This document shows positions 57,008-64,000 of a stretch of 64,000 nucleotides of DNA, piece by piece. Origin of the DNA: Eledone cirrhosa. Taxonomy: Eukaryota. The position numbers and the translations under genes were made by a program. The notes below the pieces were generated by a model that made no database searches, was not told the DNA's origin, and saw only the letters and a list, made by a program, of their open reading frames with translations. The stretch spans positions 249,798,001 through 249,862,000 of the forward strand of contig OZ024742.1 of assembly GCA_964016885.1 (NCBI GenBank). The letters run 5' to 3'. Position 1 is the first letter of the stretch. The number at the start of each line of letters is the position of its first letter.

Positions 57008-57058
<51 letters not shown>

Positions 57059-57159
57059 GTATATAAAATGAAAGTGCTTTTATAAAGGAATTTATTGGGT
57101 ATTGACATATGTTTTGTAACAGACGGAATACCTATGTATCGCTGCTTGCGTAATCATAT

Positions 57160-57300
57160 AATTGTTTCTACTTTAGGCACAATGCCAGCAAATAACCAGT
57201 ACATTACTGGTACTTTATTTTATCGACCCCGTAAGGATGAAAGGCAAAGTTAACCTCGGCGGGATTTGAACTCAGACTGTAAAGGGACGTAACTATGCTA
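57160..57300 (-). mobile_element. tRNA-derived SINE copy, 5'-truncated
   Basis: Reverse complement of the SINE unit. Confidence 0.9.
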
Positions 57301-57826
57301 TAATGTTGTCAAGTATTCGATAGCAAATGTATAATCAGTTATCACTTCTTCAGAGATATTGGATAAATTAGAAAAAATCAGAAAAATTGAAGTATTTATA
57401 TTAGTTGTAAGAAAGGAAGAAGAGTGAGGATAGTATATGACAGATGGCAATTCAATTTACTGGTAAACAAGTATATAGAAGGTTTTTAATGAGAATACAA
57501 TGAGTATATGGCTTATTTTATCTAAATAAGAATTTTTGGGAGTGCCTATTTTAATCTATATTTGACCAATTGAACAATGGACAGGGCTGTTCGTTTGGTG
57601 TAGTAGTATTAATACAGATATAAAGTGTCAATTAAGGAAGAGGGAGTTTTCACTGCTACTGTATAACAACAATGCTGGTAGCCTGCTGGGGAATTGAATT
57701 AAGAAATCTCATTTTATCTATGGCAGTTTATATTAAATGGTAAAAAATAGAAGAGCTGATAGAATTAAGACTAATAGAGAAGGTTAATATGTATTTTGAG
57801 AATCAAACGGAGATGGAGACAGACGT

Positions 57827-58086
57827 TCAATCCTGGTAGCGTTTGTAATATGAAAATGTAGATTTCAAGCGATGGTTACAGTATAACGATCGCTCTATTC
57901 TGTTATTTAATAAAATATTTATGGATTTCATAATACAAAATAATTCCCTATTACACAATTTACAAAATTCCTGTCCTTGGAAATATGGAGGTGCACGTGC
58001 TATTATATCCCATTTTTGGTTAAATTGTTGGTTATTTTCGCGCAGCTGCCAAGCCTTGTCTGCGAGTGTTGTTACATAACGCTGGT

Positions 58087-58090
<4 letters not shown>
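57827..58090 (-). mobile_element. PLE GIY-YIG C-terminal fragment
   Basis: [35 protein letters not shown]...CNH. Confidence 0.85.
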
Positions 58091-58146
<56 letters not shown>

Positions 58147-58163
58147 ATATATATATGTATGTA

Positions 58164-58245
<82 letters not shown>

Positions 58246-58388
58246 CCATTATATATATATATATATATATATGTATATGTATATATATATATGCATACAT
58301 ACATATATATATATACATACATATATATATTTATATATATATATTTTATTACTAATTATATCTAAATGTTTCTTCTCTCTTCATAATG

Positions 58389-58680
<292 letters not shown>

Positions 58681-58955
58681 CAGAAGGGTTATTCATTTTG
58701 TTGGTAATTCAACAATTATAAATGTTTATAACTGATTCAGAGCACTCGACAAAATTATGTCAAAATTTATAAAACAAACTTCGTATTTTATCTGATGATG
58801 TGGGTACCCTTGAATCTGATGGTGTGGGTACCCTTGAAATATATATAATAGAATAAATATGGTTTTATAAATATAGTTTCCATTTATTTAATATCATTGT
58901 ATATATACATATGTATATATTTATATATAAACCACAGACCCTCCATCTCAACTCA

Positions 58956-58993
58956 CCTTTTGAAAAGCAGAAGAACTGCGAAACCGGTAAAGG
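58956..58993 (+). ncRNA. Minimal hammerhead with compensated U3:A8 core
   Basis: cctt-TTGAAAA-gcag aagaa ctgc-GAAA-ccgg-TA-aagg; perfect stems I and II, palindromic accggt. Confidence 0.72.
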
Positions 58994-59127
58994 AACCAAA
59001 TAAATATATATATATTTTTTTTAAATAAGACTTCAGTTGCATTTTCGATTTCATCCCTTTTTCTTTATACTTCAACTCGTGTAGGACACCTCGGTTATTA
59101 TTTTTCATTTTGTAAAAAAACCCTCAC

Positions 59128-59238
<111 letters not shown>

Positions 59239-59288
59239 TATACATATGTATATATATATACATATGTATATATACATATGTATATATA

Positions 59289-59380
<92 letters not shown>

Positions 59381-59430
59381 TATACATATGTATATATATA
59401 TACATATGTATATATACATATGTATATATA

Positions 59431-59528
<98 letters not shown>

Positions 59529-59979
59529 AAAATAACAAATTAAAGTTTAAGCAAAGTATCGCTGCTTTCACCCTTAACGGGATCTTCTGAAACTAACAAA
59601 GTCAATCTGTGAACGCAGAAGTGAATATTTCAAAAAAAGTTGCAACCGGAGGAAGACAGGAAGACGATACTTTGGTTCATGGAAATGTTCCCTGGCAAAG
59701 AACAGGAAAAAACGACTATAATACGTCATTAATTGAAGCGGTGAAGTTGACTTTGCCTTTCATCCTTACGGGGTGGATAAAATAAAGTACCAGTAATGCA
59801 ATGGTTAATTGCTGGCCTTGTGCCTAAAGTAGGAAGAATTATTTGAAGCGGTGAAAAACAATTACACGCAAAGACAGAACCACGTTTATGGTATAAAAGA
59901 AGTCGTAGACTAATATTCTCTTAGGTGGTTCATAGAGAAGTTCTCTGGCAATGAACGGAAAAAACGAAGATAATACGTC

Positions 59980-60043
<64 letters not shown>

Positions 60044-60187
60044 TTACATGTCTCGTTCGCTTCACCCTATTTTACGTGTCCCAATAACTTTCTTTAGTTA
60101 TTGCTCCCACCAACCAGAGGTATATGATCTTTAAAGCGAAGAAATACCAATGAAGGTTGGAAGATCACTGATGAAGGACTAATTTTA

Positions 60188-60249
<62 letters not shown>

Positions 60250-60564
60250 TTGTAGTCGTCCCAATGCAACTGACTATAATAAAAGTTTATCAATATAGCT
60301 AATAGTTGAAAAGTATACCGGATGTTCATATATATTTGGAGCCACCGTCGGTCATGATTGTCAATATGCTACCACCAGTTATGTTCCTCTCCAATGCACA
60401 AGCCTGAATAAGGTGTTTCGTGGCAGACCAGTAGCCCAACATGCATGCCAGTCCTCCGTCTCTATACTGGTAATAGTGTTCAACGGTGAGGTAGAATCGG
60501 ATACAACTTGGCACCAGTGTTGTCACAATTCATATACACACTATAGACTCATTATATACACTAC

Positions 60565-60835
60565 CTATATATCTAAAACAGAGAATGTCTGTCTGTCTGT
60601 CCGATCACTAAACCTCGACAACAACCCAACCGATTGTTTTCAAACTTTACACTTATGACCCTGTGAGTGTTTTGAGCAAAGAAAATGTCAAATTTGCAAT
60701 GCACTACGGACCGCATTAGGCGCTTTAGCGATCCCTCTCTATAACTCTTTGTCTTTCTCTTTTTAGAAAGATACATAGATATAACGTTGCGCCAAATATC
60801 TGTCTGTATGCCTGGCTGCGTTACGACATTATGAC
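60565..60835 (-). mobile_element. 3' part of a HINE-like element
   Basis: Reverse-complement similarity to 52950-53222. Confidence 0.75.
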
Positions 60836-60839
60836 GCGG

Positions 60840-60925
<86 letters not shown>

Positions 60926-61006
60926 GTATGTGTGTGTATATATATATATATAGTGTGTAACGTTTTTCGAAATATTTACTTCTGCGCTCACAGATTGATT
61001 TTTTTT

Positions 61007-61057
61007 AGTTTCAGAAGATCCCGTTAAGGGTGAAAGCAGCGATTATTTGCTTAAACT
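61007..61057 (+). ncRNA. Hammerhead-like fold with CAGAAGA core (second copy)
   Basis: agttt-CAGAAGA-t ccc gttaa ggg t-GAAA-gca gcgattatt tgc-TT-aaact. Confidence 0.65.
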
Positions 61058-61085
61058 TTAATTTGTTATTTTAATATATATATAT

Positions 61086-62351
61086 ATGACTTCCAAATAT
61101 CTGATCCACCGAAACTCAGCTGTTTCGGACCACACCAAAATCAACATACTGATTGCGGATTTGGTACGGGCGATGAGAAACGTGTCCCGCATGTGTAACC
61201 CCAAAGAACTAGAGAGACACATACAACACTTCATCCACTGTATGCAGTTCTCTGGTTACAATCAGAGAGATAAAATCAGAGTATATAGAGGAGCCAGAAC
61301 CAAATGGGAAAAATGGGAAATAATGATACAAATGGGACCTGCCCCTTGTATAGCAGCACATTTTGGAACAGAATAGAAAGAACTAGGAATAAGGTTAATA
61401 GAATAAACTCATGGTATGATAGCAATAAATAACAGAGTGTAATGTTCATCAATACAACCCCTAGATGTGAATTAGCTTACAAATTTAGAAGGGCCCTAGA
61501 TAAACATAAACTCAATGTTAAGATAGTAGAATGACCAGATACCTCCATAAAAACACTTATTAGCAATACATACCCTTTTCAAAGCCCTCCCTGTATAGAT
61601 AAGAAATGTATAATCTGTAAACTAAGCCCCCATATTAACTGTAAAACTAGAAATGTAGTATATAGCATAAGATGTACTGAAGGACAATGTAGAGATAAGA
61701 ATATAGTGTACATAGGTGAGACAGCACGTAGTATAGGAGAACGGATAAATGAACACTAGCGAGAGCTTCAAGATAGTAAAGAATCATCTGTACTCCACCA
61801 ACATGCTAAAATAGAATATAAGGGTAAATTAGAGAACATAGAAATAAAAATAGAATCTACACACAGAAAAGACGCAATGTTTAAACAAATCACAGAGGCA
61901 ATAAACATAAATGAACTCCAACCAAAATTAAATAGAAAACATGAATGGAATAGCAACATCACAACTTACAATTAAGGACAAAATTAAAACACACACACAC
62001 ATAGAACAAACAACCAATCAGTAACATGTAAATAAACAAATAAATAAACAAATATAAACACACACAGACACCCGGATGTAACACATGCGCAAACTAATCA
62101 CACAACACACACAAAAACAGGATGGCGTAGGACAGAACAAAGGAGAGGCACAAAAACAAAGAAAAGAAAAGAATCCCCAGTCACTAAAGAGGTCACAGAA
62201 TGTGTGACGAAAGAACTTTGACAATATATGAACAATCGTCTGGTTGTGGAACCAACCAACCAAAGGAATTTTATAAATTTAATTTATAATAAATTGAAGT
62301 GAAAGTAACTGGTGCGTGTGTTTCTTATTGGCAACATGACCCTCCCAAAGC

Positions 62352-62362
<11 letters not shown>
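61086..62362 (+). mobile_element. PLE 3' half: RT thumb, GIY-YIG and pLTR with hammerhead 62180-62222
   Basis: SAVSDHTKINIL..RAMRNVS..MQFSGY; NCKTRNVVYSIRC...YIGETARSIGERINEH; ITEAINI..PKLNRK; pLTR shared with 47920-48200. Confidence 0.88.
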
Positions 62363-62448
<86 letters not shown>

Positions 62449-62769
62449 TCGTGTACAGATATTTTTGCATACTCAATAACAAAATATATACAAACGTATT
62501 TATTTCACGCGGCTCCATAAGGATGAATATATATCAAATATATAAGAACCATAGAGCAGATCCCGAGCAACGCCGGGCTATTCTGCTAGTATACACTATA
62601 TGAACTTTATATACAGGGGAAAGCAAAAGACGATTCATTTTGGAATTAGTGTCGTAGCAGCTTATTTTGTCCAGAGGAGCTGACTGAAACAAAGTGATAC
62701 AAGACGCCTTTCTCATGTCTAATGTTTAAAGAATCAAACAGTGAGACAAACATTCTAACCCATAAACCA

Positions 62770-62955
62770 TATTTCAAGATGGAGTAACACCCCCACCCCA
62801 CGCCATCTTAGTACTTCTACTCTTCTCAGCCTTGGTGAGATAGTTCTTACTCTCATTTTTTTTCTTTTCCGGAGAGTTTTACCAGCAGCTGTCTGGGGTA
62901 GCCATGGATAAAAGATGGACCCTAATTACGTCAACTTGTTCGTTGGCTATGTTCA
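62770..62955 (+). mobile_element. PLE RT core fragment
   Basis: Frameshifted STSTLL..VLTL..FSGEFYQQLSGVAM...PNYVNLFVGYV. Confidence 0.7.
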
Positions 62956-63149
62956 TGATCTCCATCCAGTACCCTGATCACGACCTTAGAGCTAAACGGT
63001 CGTTAGATCGACGATTTCATCTATAGGATTGCTCAAGTAATAAAACTACATAACCTTGTTTTCTCCAACTCCGTCTTGGTTGCTGGTCAACTCTTGGAGT
63101 CGGACCAGGTACTCCAAGTCTGCCAGGCACGGTACCTTCAACATTTCGA

Positions 63150-63312
63150 ACATATACAGCTATATATAGGAACTTTGAAAGCAGGAGTATCAGAAGTATC
63201 TGTAGCATGACGTCTGAAAAACAGATCTTTTCGAGGGCTGAACGCAATTATCACGAGGCATTGGTGAAAGGTGGCTTCACAAAAAAATTAAAAAATAATA
63301 ATATACACGGAA
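63150..63312 (+). mobile_element. Naiad-like PLE RT thumb fragment
   Basis: SIRSICSMTSEKQIFSRAERNYHEALVKGGF resembles SIRIYGLSANEDIFNASASYYNDALARSGF in ORF 45335..45811. Confidence 0.6.
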
Positions 63313-63408
63313 AATACTTCGCCTACCCAAAATTGAAACCTTGACCTTATGACCATAATTCTGAAACACTAACTACTATGCCTCATGCATTTACTACAGA
63401 GAGTAAAT

Positions 63409-63582
63409 AATTGTTTCTACTGTTTGGCACAAGGCCAGCAATTATTCCAGTGTATTACTGGTACTTTATTTTGTCGACCCCGTGAGGATGAAAGGCAAAG
63501 TTAACTCAGACCGTAAAGGACCGTAACTTTATGCTGCAAAGGATGGTGTCCGACTCTACCGATACTGCCAATCCACCGCCCC
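63409..63582 (-). mobile_element. tRNA-derived SINE copy with internal deletion
   Basis: Reverse complement of the SINE unit. Confidence 0.88.
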
Positions 63583-64000
63583 ACAGAGAGTAAATAATAA
63601 TAACAACAACAATAAAAATCACTAAAATAACAAGCACTATCTTCACATTAACCTATCGCAAAAACAAAAACATGATTAAAATAAGAAACCTTGTTCGTGC
63701 GATATAAAATGTCAGGATAATAAATGTAGCAGTGTTCCGTAATGTACTTCTGTTCCATAGGTAAGTAGGTCAATAGAGAATTGGTATTGGGCTATAGAAA
63801 TACCAATTGGTACTTGGCTATAGAAATACCAAAGAAGGAAGGTATGTCTTTATAAAGATGAAAGTCTTGCCGAATAATGCGAAGAATGAGAAAGATTTCG
63901 ATATATTTGTATTTGAGATGTACTAATGAGAAGAAAGAAAGAGATAGATGAAAAGAAAGAGGAAGAGATAGAGAAAGATTGGTTGAAAGTGTGAGAGATT

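Noticed and set aside
60165-60190. CTGATGAAGGAC
   Set aside because: 5' half only, truncated by (TA)n; no GAAA half

Overview
AT-rich, repeat-saturated animal genomic DNA. The SINE family and repeat landscape resemble an octopod cephalopod, which is an inference. I can support no intact host gene, and nearly all ORF-track entries are translations of (TA)n/(CA)n/(GA)n microsatellites. The window holds decayed transposons: several Penelope-like elements (PLEs), one nearly full-length with RT (GLYRDDGL, Naiad-type) plus GIY-YIG; a Tx1/L1-like LINE; RTE and CR1/L2 fragments; a Gypsy remnant; a DNA-transposase remnant; Helentron/HINE-like elements; and about 20 copies of a tRNA-derived SINE, often in head-to-tail arrays. 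The most notable signal is non-coding. By eye I find roughly 15 minimal type I hammerhead ribozyme motifs from about 10 distinct repeat families, including recurrent non-canonical cores (CAGAAGA, CCGAAGA, UUGANAA). There is also a retrozyme-like 1.7 kb tandem unit bounded by hammerheads, and a series of fold-back palindromes and inversions anchored in (TA)n tracts, some centred on hammerhead motifs. All folds and alignments were done by eye and boundaries are approximate.
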